Assembly: GCA_041687695.1 (NCBI GenBank)
Contig: JAWLBL010000012.1
Coordinates: forward strand, 92,060-156,059
DNA: 64,000 nucleotides
Origin: Myxococcota bacterium
GTDB lineage: Bacteria; Myxococcota_A; UBA9042; PHBI01; JAWLBL01
Direction of reading: 5' to 3'
A program made the translations under genes and the position numbers. Positions 33,592 through 44,604 of the stretch are shown here, piece after piece. Position 1 is the stretch's first letter; each line of letters starts with the position of its first letter. The notes beneath the pieces are model-generated. The model searched no databases. It was not told the DNA's origin and saw only the letters and a program-made list of their open reading frames with translations.

Positions 33592-34967
33592 TGCTCCGGG
33601 ACGGGGCGAGGTGGACGGACGGGGACGACGCGGACGGTCAACCCGTCGATGGCGACGACCTCGATGGAGGCACCGGCGGGGATGGGGACGTCGCTGACGG
33701 CGCGCCAGATCTCGCCGTGCAAGAAGGCGGCGCCGCCGTCCGGGCCGATGGGCGTGCGGGCGTGGCCGGTCTCGCCCAGCATGCCCTCGTGGCCGGTGGT
33801 CGAGCGCGCGCGGCCGGAGCGGGCGGCCATGACGATGAAGGCGGCGACGATGCCGGTGACGACGACGACGGTCGGCACGACGACGCCCCACGACAGCCCG
33901 AAGGACGGCTCGACGTAGAACTCGGGATCGGTGGTGTCCATCAGCAGCATCGACCCGACGACCAGGCAGGCGACGCCGCCGAGGGCCAGCAGGCCGAAGC
34001 TGGTGACGTAGACCTCGGCGACGAACAGGCCCACGGCGGCCAGGATGAGGACCACGCCGCCGGCGTTCACCGGCAGGAGATCGAAGCCGAGCCCGGCGAG
34101 GATGAAACACAGGACCGCGAGCGCGCCGGGGACGATGAGGCCGGGGTTCGACAGCTCGACCAGCGCCAGCAGGATGCCGAGCATGAACAGCAGGTAGGCC
34201 AGGTTGGGGTCGCCCAGCAGGGTGAGGACGCGCTGCTGGACGGTCATGGGCACGGCGCGCAGGGCGGCCCCACGTGTCGACAGCGTGACGGGGCCGCTGG
34301 GCAGGGTGACCACGCGGCCGTGGGCGGCCTCGAGCAGCGCCTCGGGGCTGGCGACGACGAGGTCGACGACGTTGGCCGCGACCGCCTCGTCCGCGGTCGC
34401 GCTGGCCGACTCGAGGACGGCGCGCTCGGCCCAGGCGGCGTTGCGGCCGCGGACCTCGGCGATGGCGCGGGCGAAGGCGGCCGTGTCCTGCGCCAGCTTG
34501 CGATCCATGGTCTCGTCGGTCTGCCGCTCGCCGCCGCCGCCGATCGCCACGGGATGCGCGGCGCCGATGTTGGTCCCCGGCGCCATCGCGGCGACGTGGC
34601 CGGCCAGGACCAGGAAGACCCCGGCGGAGCCGGCGCGAGCGCCGGACGGGCCGACCCACACCAGGATGGGGACGTCGGCCGTGAGCAGCGTGCGGGCGAG
34701 CGCGCGGGTGGCCGACAGGAGGCCGCCCGGGGTGTCCACTCGGATGAGGACGGCGGCGGCGCCTTCGCGCTGGCCGGCGGCGACGGCGTCGCGCAGGTGA
34801 TCGGCGACGCCCGCGTTGACGGCGCCGTCGAGCTCGGCGGTGAGGACCAGCGGGCGCGCCGGGGCCTGCGCCGCCGCGGGGCGGCCAGCGGCGACGAGGA
34901 CGGCGCAGGCCGCCGCGGCGAGGGCCAGGGCGGCGAGCGCGCGCGGGCACGCGGAGACCAAAGGCAT
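33588..34967 (-). CDS. nfeD: NfeD family membrane-bound serine protease (start may be 35024)
   Basis: [23 protein letters not shown]-terminal OB domain; adjacent to slipin. Confidence 0.9.
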   Translation of the reverse strand: MPLVSACPRALAALALAAAACAVLVAAGRPAAAQAPARPLVLTAELDGAVNAGVADHLRDAVAAGQREGAAAVLIRVDTPGGLLSATRALARTLLTADVPILVWVGPSGARAGSAGVFLVLAGHVAAMAPGTNIGAAHPVAIGGGGERQTDETMDRKLAQDTAAFARAIAEVRGRNAAWAERAVLESASATADEAVAANVVDLVVASPEALLEAAHGRVVTLPSGPVTLSTRGAALRAVPMTVQQRVLTLLGDPNLAYLLFMLGILLALVELSNPGLIVPGALAVLCFILAGLGFDLLPVNAGGVVLILAAVGLFVAEVYVTSFGLLALGGVACLVVGSMLLMDTTDPEFYVEPSFGLSWGVVVPTVVVVTGIVAAFIVMAARSGRARSTTGHEGMLGETGHARTPIGPDGGAAFLHGEIWRAVSDVPIPAGASIEVVAIDGLTVRVVPVRPPRPVPEQ

Positions 34968-35056
34968 GGCGAGGACCGGTTGGGGGAGGACCTCGAGGAT
35001 GCCCCACGCCGCGCCATGGGTCATGATTCGGTCCCCCTACGGCCTCGAGTCACGGT

Positions 35057-35743
35057 TTGTCGAAGTCCACCCCCTGGCGCTCGCTCGCGCTCCTGGCCGC
35101 GGCGGCGCTCCTGCCGTCCGGCTGCGGCCCGCTGGGCCCCGTCCTGCGGCACCCCTTCGTCGAGGACCGCACGGTCGCCCTCGCCGAGGAGGACCTGATC
35201 CTGACCGTCGAGCGCGACGCCGTGGTCGTCGACGCGCTGTTCGCCTTCGAGGCCCACGGCCCGCCCCTGGCCCGCACCGTGACCTTCCCGGTGGGGACGC
35301 CCGGCGGGCCGGCCGCCGACTTCGCCGCGTGGCTCGAGCGCCCCGAGGCGCCTGCGACGCCGCTGCCCTGCCGCCGCGCCGCGCCCGGCGCCCTGCCCGT
35401 GGGCCCGGCCGGCGAGACCTGGGACATCGAGCTGCCCGCCGCCGTCCTCGCCCCGGGCAATCGGCTCCGTGTGCGCTACCGGCAGGCCCCCGGGGCCGAG
35501 CTGGCCTACGTCCTGCGCACCGGCGCCCTGTGGCGCGGCCCCATCCGCCGCCTGGACGTCCGCGTCGACGACCCGACCGGCCGCGTCGTCGCCGCCACCG
35601 TCGAGGACCGCGCGGCCGACGCCTCGCCTAGTCCGGGTGTATTCCTGTGGACCTTCCGCGACCTGGAGCCCCGCGGTATCCTGCGCATCCACCTACGCCA
35701 GCCCCCCTCCCCCGACCTCCCCCACGGAGCCGCGCGCCCATGA
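35057..35743 (+). CDS. Hypothetical lipoprotein (DUF4424-like)
   Basis: Lipobox PSGC; YVLRTGALWRGPI. Confidence 0.6.
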   Translation: MSKSTPWRSLALLAAAALLPSGCGPLGPVLRHPFVEDRTVALAEEDLILTVERDAVVVDALFAFEAHGPPLARTVTFPVGTPGGPAADFAAWLERPEAPATPLPCRRAAPGALPVGPAGETWDIELPAAVLAPGNRLRVRYRQAPGAELAYVLRTGALWRGPIRRLDVRVDDPTGRVVAATVEDRAADASPSPGVFLWTFRDLEPRGILRIHLRQPPSPDLPHGAARP

Positions 35744-36273
35744 CCGCCCCGCGCCACGCCCTCGTCCCGGGCCTCGTCCTCCTCGCGCTCGCCGCCGCCG
35801 CGCCCGCCCGCGCCGACGCGGGCCCCAAGCTGGGGCGCGGCCTGTACCTGCCCGCCGGCCTCAGCCTCGGCGCCGCCCTGCGCCCGGACCTGCCCAACGG
35901 CTTCACGCTGGGCGCCGAGGTCAGCGCCGTCTGGCTCGAGACGGACCGCTTCGTCTGGCTCGGCCTGTATGCCGACGCCGTGTACGACTTCGGCCTCGAG
36001 GCCGCCCGCTTCAGCGTCGGCCCCGAGCTCGGCTGGAGCGTCTTCGGCCTCGACGGCGGCCTGCTGGTCCAGCGCGCCGGCGACGTGACCCACACCGGGT
36101 TCACCGTCCGCCCGCTGGTCACGCTGGGGTTCGTCGCCGCCTACCTGCGCTGGGGACACCTCCCCTCCGCGCCCGCCCCGAACTTCGCCGAGCTGGGGCT
36201 GCTCATGAAGTGGCCCCTGGCCCAACCCGATCCGCCGCGCCGCGTCCAGCCCTCCGACCCCGACGCGCCCTGA
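35740..36273 (+). CDS. Secreted / outer-membrane beta-strand-rich hypothetical protein
   Basis: Signal peptide ending ARA; alternating hydrophobic strands. Confidence 0.6.
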   Translation: MTAPRHALVPGLVLLALAAAAPARADAGPKLGRGLYLPAGLSLGAALRPDLPNGFTLGAEVSAVWLETDRFVWLGLYADAVYDFGLEAARFSVGPELGWSVFGLDGGLLVQRAGDVTHTGFTVRPLVTLGFVAAYLRWGHLPSAPAPNFAELGLLMKWPLAQPDPPRRVQPSDPDAP

Positions 36274-36293
36274 CCTCGCCCCTCGGGAGCCCC

Positions 36294-38786
<2,493 letters not shown>

Positions 38787-39023
38787 CCCGCGGGGCGGGG
38801 CGGCTTCGAGCCGCGACGGGCCGAGGAGACGGCGGACCCCAGCGGTGGTGACTGCAGGCCACAGGGTGGCGCGCCGGGGCGGTGGCTGGGACGTGGAGGG
38901 CGCGTCGCGCGGGCCGAGCGGCGGCTGGCACGGAGCTTGATAGGGCGTTCGGGCGACGCGAGGGCGCGGCCGGGGCGGGTGACCGGGCGGCGTGGGCCTC
39001 GCGCGAGGACCCAGGAGGACGCC

Positions 39024-39800
39024 ATGGGACGGGTGAAGCTCAAGCGCTTGCAGCGGCAGGAGGCGAAGCGGCGGTCGAAGGGGGCGCCCAGGCTGGTGCA
39101 CGTCTCGGGGAGCGTCGGGGAGCTGATGGGGGAGACGCCCGAGCAGATCGCGGCGCGCCACGCGGGGGTGAGGGGGCCGCGGGGCGAGGAGCTGCGGGCG
39201 CGGCTGATGGAGCGCGTGAGGGAGGGGGTCACGGGGGAGGCCGAGGTGACGGGGCTCATCCAGGCGTTTCGGGCGGCGGGGCTCGGGCCGGTGTCGGACG
39301 AGCTGCACCGGATGGCCGGGGACGCGGGGCTGCCGCTGGCGGTGCGGGGGCTGGCCTTCGAGGTGTGGGCCCACGGGCCGGGCGACCAGATCGGCTTCAT
39401 GATGGACCGGCTGAGCGTGGCGGCGCCGAAGGAGCGGACGCGTTGGTTCCTCCCGATGGTGGCGGGGCTGCTGCTGCGGCCGGCCGACCCCAGCGGCGGG
39501 GAGCGGCTGGGGTTCCTCACCGTCGCCACGGGCCCGCTGCCGCGGCTGTTCGACACGCTCGAGGAGGCGCGGGCGGCGGTGGGCGTCGAGGCGCTGACGG
39601 CCTACGCGCCGCTGCTCGCGTGCGAGCAGCTCGCGGACGTACACCGGCGCCTGCTCGACGCCATCGTCAACGAGGGGGCCCCCGACGCCCACGCGTGCCT
39701 CAGCTGGATCCGGCGCTGCATCCCGTCCGACCTGACGCGGCGGCTGCTGGCGCGCGCCATCGTCCAGCTCGAGGCCGGGGCCGGCGCGGCGCTGCACTGA
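39024..39800 (+). CDS. Hypothetical protein
   Basis: AGGAGG SD before ATG 39024; high GC3. Confidence 0.6.
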   Translation: MGRVKLKRLQRQEAKRRSKGAPRLVHVSGSVGELMGETPEQIAARHAGVRGPRGEELRARLMERVREGVTGEAEVTGLIQAFRAAGLGPVSDELHRMAGDAGLPLAVRGLAFEVWAHGPGDQIGFMMDRLSVAAPKERTRWFLPMVAGLLLRPADPSGGERLGFLTVATGPLPRLFDTLEEARAAVGVEALTAYAPLLACEQLADVHRRLLDAIVNEGAPDAHACLSWIRRCIPSDLTRRLLARAIVQLEAGAGAALH

Positions 39801-39999
39801 GCGGCGACCCGGGGAGGGGGGCGGCGCAGCGGGCCGACGCGGTTCGCGCCCCCAGCGTTGCCCGCCGCCCGGGTGCCCCCCAGACTGCGGGCTCCCCCCG
39901 AAACCTCCGTCGGGCCGACCGACGCGCGCCGCCCGTTGGCCCCGTCCGCGGGGCCGGCCTCCGTCCGTCCGGCGCCCGACCCCGGACCGGAGCCTCGCC

Positions 40000-40149
40000 A
40001 TGGAGTGGACCACCCCCACGCTGACCGACGTCCCCTGCGGGATGGAGGTGACGACCTACCGCAGCGCCGAGCTCGACCCCGCCGAGTTGGCCCCCGCGCC
40101 GCCCGCCCGCGAGGCGACCGCCGCGCCGACGTCCAGCCCCGAGTCCTGA
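40000..40149 (+). CDS. pqqA: PQQ precursor peptide PqqA (49 aa, C-terminally extended); absent from the ORF track
   Basis: MEWTTPTLTDVPCGMEVTTYRSAELD... with ExxxY motif; GGAG SD; ends 4 nt before pqqB. Confidence 0.92.
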   Translation: MEWTTPTLTDVPCGMEVTTYRSAELDPAELAPAPPAREATAAPTSSPES

Positions 40150-40153
40150 GCGC

Positions 40154-41092
40154 GTGGCGCAGCTCACCGCCCTCGTGCTGGGCTCGGCTGCCGGCGGCGG
40201 CTCGCCCCAGTGGAACTGCCGCTGCGGCGTCTGCGCCCGCGTGCGCGCCGACGCGCCGGGCACCCGCCCGCGCACCCAGACCTCGCTCGCAGCCACCGCG
40301 GACGGCGCGCGCTGGGTCGTCGTCGGCGCCTCGCCCGATCTGCGCCAGCAGCTGCTGTCCCAGGCGCGCCTCGCCCCCCGCCAGGGCCCCCGCCACTCGC
40401 CGGTGGCCGCCGTCGTCGTCACCAACGGCGACATCGACCAGGTCGCGGGCCTGCTGACCCTGCGCGAGCGCTCGCCCTTTTCGCTCTACGCCTCGGACGC
40501 CGTCCACGAGGTCCTCGCCGCGAGCCCCCTCTTCGCCGCCCTCGACCCGGCGCTGGTCCCTCGCCGCCGCCTGACCCTCGACGCCCCGACCGACCTCCTC
40601 GACGCCGACGGCGCCCCCCTGGGCGTCACCCTCGACGCCTTCCCCGTGCCCGGCAAGGTCCCGCTCTACCTCGAAGATCCCGCCTGCCCGCCCGCGACCG
40701 ACGTCGCCGACGCCCGCAACGTCGGCCTCACCCTCTCGGCCCGCGGCGGCCCCGGGCGCCTCGTCTTCGTCCCCGCCTGCGCCCGCGTCACCCCGGCCCT
40801 CGAGGCGCGCCTGGCCCACGCCGACGCCCTGCTCTTCGACGGCACCCTCTACCGCGACGACGAGCTGCTCCGAGCCGAGCTGGGCCACAAGACCGGCCGT
40901 CGCATGGGCCACCTCAGCGTCGGCGGCCCCGACGGCGCCATCGCCGCCCTGGCGCACGTGCCGCTGGGCCGCCGCGTCTTCGTCCACGTCAACAACTCCA
41001 ACCCCATCCTCGTCGAGGGCACCCCCGAGCGCCGCGCCGTCGAGGCCGCCGGCTGGGAGGTCGCCCACGACGGCCTGGAGCTGACGGTATGA
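40154..41092 (+). CDS. pqqB: PqqB
   Basis: LGSAAGGGSPQWNCRCGVC, RTQTS, ASPDLRQQ, FDGT, RMGH, HVNNSNP. Confidence 0.95.
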   Translation: MAQLTALVLGSAAGGGSPQWNCRCGVCARVRADAPGTRPRTQTSLAATADGARWVVVGASPDLRQQLLSQARLAPRQGPRHSPVAAVVVTNGDIDQVAGLLTLRERSPFSLYASDAVHEVLAASPLFAALDPALVPRRRLTLDAPTDLLDADGAPLGVTLDAFPVPGKVPLYLEDPACPPATDVADARNVGLTLSARGGPGRLVFVPACARVTPALEARLAHADALLFDGTLYRDDELLRAELGHKTGRRMGHLSVGGPDGAIAALAHVPLGRRVFVHVNNSNPILVEGTPERRAVEAAGWEVAHDGLELTV

Positions 41093-41844
41093 GCCCCTGG
41101 CAGCTGGACGTCCCGGTCTCCCCGGCCGAGCTCGAGCGGCGCCTGCGCGACACCGGCGCGCGCCGCTACCACGGCCTGCACCCCTTCCACCGCCTGATGC
41201 GCTCGGGCGAGCTGTCGCGCGGCCAGCTCCAGGCCTGGGCCCTCAACCGCTACGCCTATCAGGCGGCCATCCCCCGCAAGGACGCCGCCCTGATGGCCCG
41301 CGCCGACGACCCGGCGCTCCGGCGCGCCTGGCGCCATCGCCTCGCCGACCACGACGGCGACGCCCCGGACGACGGCGGCCTCACGCGCTGGCTGACCCTG
41401 GCCGAGGGTCTGGGCCTCGAACTCGCCGCCGTCGCCCGCCACGACGGCGTCCTGCCGGCCACCCGCTTCGCCGTCGAGGCCTACGTCCGCTTCGTCGCCG
41501 AGCGCAGCCTGCTCGAGGCCGTCGCCAGCTCGCTCACCGAGCTCTTCGCCCCGAACATCATCAGCGAACGCACCGCGGGCCTGTTGGCCCACTACCCGTT
41601 CGTCTCCCGCGAGCACCTCGCCTACTTCGACGCCCGGCTGACCCAGGCCCCCCGCGACGCCGACTTCGCCCTCGGCTGGGTCCTCGACCGCGCCCGCACC
41701 CTCGACGACCAGCGCGCCGCCCTCATGGCCCTGGTCTTCAAGTGCGACATCCTGTGGGCCCAGCTCGACGCCCTGTACCACGCCTACGTCGCCCCCGGGC
41801 ACGTCCCCCCGGGCGCCTTCCTCCCCGACGAGGCCGGCCCGTGA
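41089..41844 (+). CDS. pqqC: PQQ synthase PqqC
   Basis: RYHGLHPFH, WALNRY.YQ..IP.KDA, SSLTELFAP, FKCDILWAQLDAL. Confidence 0.95.
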   Translation: MSPWQLDVPVSPAELERRLRDTGARRYHGLHPFHRLMRSGELSRGQLQAWALNRYAYQAAIPRKDAALMARADDPALRRAWRHRLADHDGDAPDDGGLTRWLTLAEGLGLELAAVARHDGVLPATRFAVEAYVRFVAERSLLEAVASSLTELFAPNIISERTAGLLAHYPFVSREHLAYFDARLTQAPRDADFALGWVLDRARTLDDQRAALMALVFKCDILWAQLDALYHAYVAPGHVPPGAFLPDEAGP

Positions 41845-42116
41845 TCTCCGACGACGCCCGCCCGCGCCTGCGCCCCCACGTCCACCTCCGCTGGGACGCC
41901 GTGCGCGCCGCCTGGGTGCTGCTGTCCCCCGAGCGCGCCACCTTCCCCGACCCCGTCGCGCTCGAGATCCTGCGCGCCCTCGACGGCCGCCGCACCGTGG
42001 GCGAGCTGGCCGACGCGCTGGCCGCCCGCTACCAGGCGCCCCGCGCCCGCGTCGCCGCCGACGTCACCACCCTGGTCTCCCGCCTCGCCCGAGACGGGCT
42101 GGTGCTCACCCGATGA
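41841..42116 (+). CDS. pqqD: PqqD peptide chaperone
   Basis: WVLLSPE..EILRALDGRRTV; position in operon; GTGA overlap. Confidence 0.9.
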   Translation: MISDDARPRLRPHVHLRWDAVRAAWVLLSPERATFPDPVALEILRALDGRRTVGELADALAARYQAPRARVAADVTTLVSRLARDGLVLTR

Positions 42117-43240
42117 ACCCGCCGCCGCAGCCACCGCCCCCGCAGCCGCCGCTTGGCCTGTTGGCCGAGCTGACGCACCGCTGTCCGCTCGCCTGCGCCT
42201 GGTGCTCCAACCCGCTGGCCCTGGTGCGCCGCGGCGACGAGCTGCCCACCGACGCCTGGCGACGCGTCTTCACCCAGGCCGCCGCCCTGGGCGTCCTGCA
42301 GCTGCATCTGTCCGGCGGCGAGCCGATGGCCCGCCCCGATCTGCCCCAGCTGGTCGCCGCGGCCGCCACGGCCGGGCTCTACACCAACCTCGTCACCTCC
42401 GGCGCCCTCGGCGACTTCGCCGCCCTGGCCGCGCTGGCCGACGCCGGCCTCGAGCACGTCCAGCTCAGCCTGCACGCCGACGAGCCGAGGTTGGGCGACG
42501 CGCTGGGCGGCCTGCCCGGCGGCCACACCCGCAAGCTGGCCTTCGCCGCCTGGGTCACCCAGCTGGGCCTCGCCTTCACCGTGAACATCGTCGTGCATCG
42601 CAGCAACGCCGATCTGGTCCCGGCCCTGCTCGACCTGGCGCAGGACCTGGGCGCCTGGCGCGTCGAGGTCGCCCACGCGCACTACGCCGGCTGGGCGCTG
42701 CACAACCGCGCGCACCTGTCCCCCACCGCCCCACAGGTCGCCACGGTCGACGCCGCCGTCCGCGCCTTCCGCCAGCGCCCCGACGCCCCGCCCGTCGACT
42801 ACGTCGCCCCCGACGCCTTCGCCCGCCGCCCCAAGGCCTGCATGGACGGCTGGGGCGCTCGCTTCCTGGTCGTCGCCCCCGACGGCCGGGCCCTGCCCTG
42901 CCACGCCGCCGCGACCCTGCCGGATCTGCGCTTCGACTCGGTCCTCACCCAACCGCTGGCCGACATCTGGCGCGCCTCCCCCGCCTTCCAGGCCTACCGC
43001 GGCGACGCCTGGCTGCCCGAGCCCTGCCGCGCCTGCCCCGAACGCGCCCGCGACCACGGCGGCTGCCGCTGCCAGGCCTTCGCCGTCACCGGCGACCCGG
43101 CCGCCACCGACCCGGCCTGCGATCGCTCGCCCCACCACGCCGCCTTCCACGCGGCCGTCCACGCACCTGCCTCCGCCCCCCTCGCCCCCCGCCGCTTCTC
43201 CTCGCGCCCCCGCCCGCGCCCCAAGGAGGTCTCCCCATGA
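42113..43240 (+). CDS. pqqE: PqqE radical SAM/SPASM enzyme
   Basis: LLAELTHRCPLACAWCSNP, SGGEP, PKACMDGWG, DHGGCRCQA. Confidence 0.95.
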   Translation: MNPPPQPPPPQPPLGLLAELTHRCPLACAWCSNPLALVRRGDELPTDAWRRVFTQAAALGVLQLHLSGGEPMARPDLPQLVAAAATAGLYTNLVTSGALGDFAALAALADAGLEHVQLSLHADEPRLGDALGGLPGGHTRKLAFAAWVTQLGLAFTVNIVVHRSNADLVPALLDLAQDLGAWRVEVAHAHYAGWALHNRAHLSPTAPQVATVDAAVRAFRQRPDAPPVDYVAPDAFARRPKACMDGWGARFLVVAPDGRALPCHAAATLPDLRFDSVLTQPLADIWRASPAFQAYRGDAWLPEPCRACPERARDHGGCRCQAFAVTGDPAATDPACDRSPHHAAFHAAVHAPASAPLAPRRFSSRPRPRPKEVSP

Positions 43241-44583
43241 CGATGCCGCCCCGCCTGCTCTTGTCCGCCCTCGCCTGCGCCGCCGTCGTCGCCCTGGCCT
43301 GCGGCGCCCCCGAGCGCGACAACGGCTTCGACCCCTACGGCCGCGCCGCCACCCCGCCCCCCCAGGCCCAGGCCCAGCCGGCCGCCTACCGCCCCGGCGA
43401 CGCGCCCGTCCTGACCCCGCGCGAGGCCGTCCACCGCGAGCCGCCCGCCGAGGGCACCGCCCTGACCATCCAGACCCACGCCTTCCGCCCCGAGCGCCGC
43501 GACGCCACCGACGCCCGCATCGCCCAGCTGCGGGCCGCCCCCGGCTTCGCGGTCGACGTCTTCGCCCGCGACCTGGGGCACGCGCGCATGCTGCTGGCCG
43601 CGCCGGACGGGACGGTCTACCTGACGCGCCCCGAGCAGCAGGACGTGATGATGCTGCGCGACACCGACGGCGACGGCCGCGCCGACCAGCAGCGCGTCGT
43701 CGCGTCGAACCTGAAGGGCGTCCACGGCCTGGCCCTGCGCGGCGACCAGCTGTACCTGGCGGGCAACCAGCGCGTCTGGCGGGCCCGCCGCAACGCCGAT
43801 GGGACCCTGGGGACGCCACGGCTGCTGGTCGACGACCTGCCCAGCGGGGCGCAGCACCCCAACCGCACCATCGCCTTCGGCCCCGACGGCATGCTGTACC
43901 TGTCCATCGGCAGCTCGTGCAACGCCTGCGACGAGACCGACCCCGAGCACGCGACGATGCTGCGCGCCGACGCCGACCTGCGCTCGCGCGAGGTCTTCGC
44001 GCGCGGCCTGCGCAACACCATCGGCTTCGACTGGCACCCGGCCACGGGCGAGCTGTGGGGCATGGACCACGGCAGCGACATGCGCGGCGACGATCTGCCG
44101 CCCGAGGAGCTCAACCGCCTCACCCGCGGCGCCCACTACGGCTGGCCCTGGGCCTTCGGCAAGCAGCAGCCCGACTACGTGACCGGCCCGCCGCCCGGCG
44201 GCGAGTCCCTCGAGGCCTTCGCCGCCCGCACCCAGCCGGCGGTCATGACCTACACGGCCCACGCCGCGCCCATCGGGATGGTCTTCTACGACGGCGACGC
44301 CTTCCCGGCCGACCACCGCGGTGACGCCTTCGTGGTCATGCGCGGCTCGTGGAACCGCTTCCCCGCGGTCGGCTACGAGCTGGTCCGCGTCGACTTCGAC
44401 GAGCGCGGCCAGCCGCGCGCCTTCGAGCCCATGGTCAGCGGCTTCCTCGTCGAGGACGGTCGCGCCCACTTCGGCCGCCTCGCCGGCATCACCCAGGCGC
44501 CGGACGGGTCCATCCTGTTCTCGGACGACACCAACGGCATGATCTACCGCCTGCACCGCCCGGCCACCACGGCCGCCCGCTGA
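43237..44583 (+). CDS. PQQ-dependent sugar/sorbosone dehydrogenase family lipoprotein
   Basis: Lipobox ALAC; FGPDGMLYLSIGSSCNAC, GLRNTIG, PPEELN, HYGWP, GSWNR. Confidence 0.88.
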   Translation: MTMPPRLLLSALACAAVVALACGAPERDNGFDPYGRAATPPPQAQAQPAAYRPGDAPVLTPREAVHREPPAEGTALTIQTHAFRPERRDATDARIAQLRAAPGFAVDVFARDLGHARMLLAAPDGTVYLTRPEQQDVMMLRDTDGDGRADQQRVVASNLKGVHGLALRGDQLYLAGNQRVWRARRNADGTLGTPRLLVDDLPSGAQHPNRTIAFGPDGMLYLSIGSSCNACDETDPEHATMLRADADLRSREVFARGLRNTIGFDWHPATGELWGMDHGSDMRGDDLPPEELNRLTRGAHYGWPWAFGKQQPDYVTGPPPGGESLEAFAARTQPAVMTYTAHAAPIGMVFYDGDAFPADHRGDAFVVMRGSWNRFPAVGYELVRVDFDERGQPRAFEPMVSGFLVEDGRAHFGRLAGITQAPDGSILFSDDTNGMIYRLHRPATTAAR

Positions 44584-44604
44584 CCCCGACCACGGAGCAC
44601 CGCC

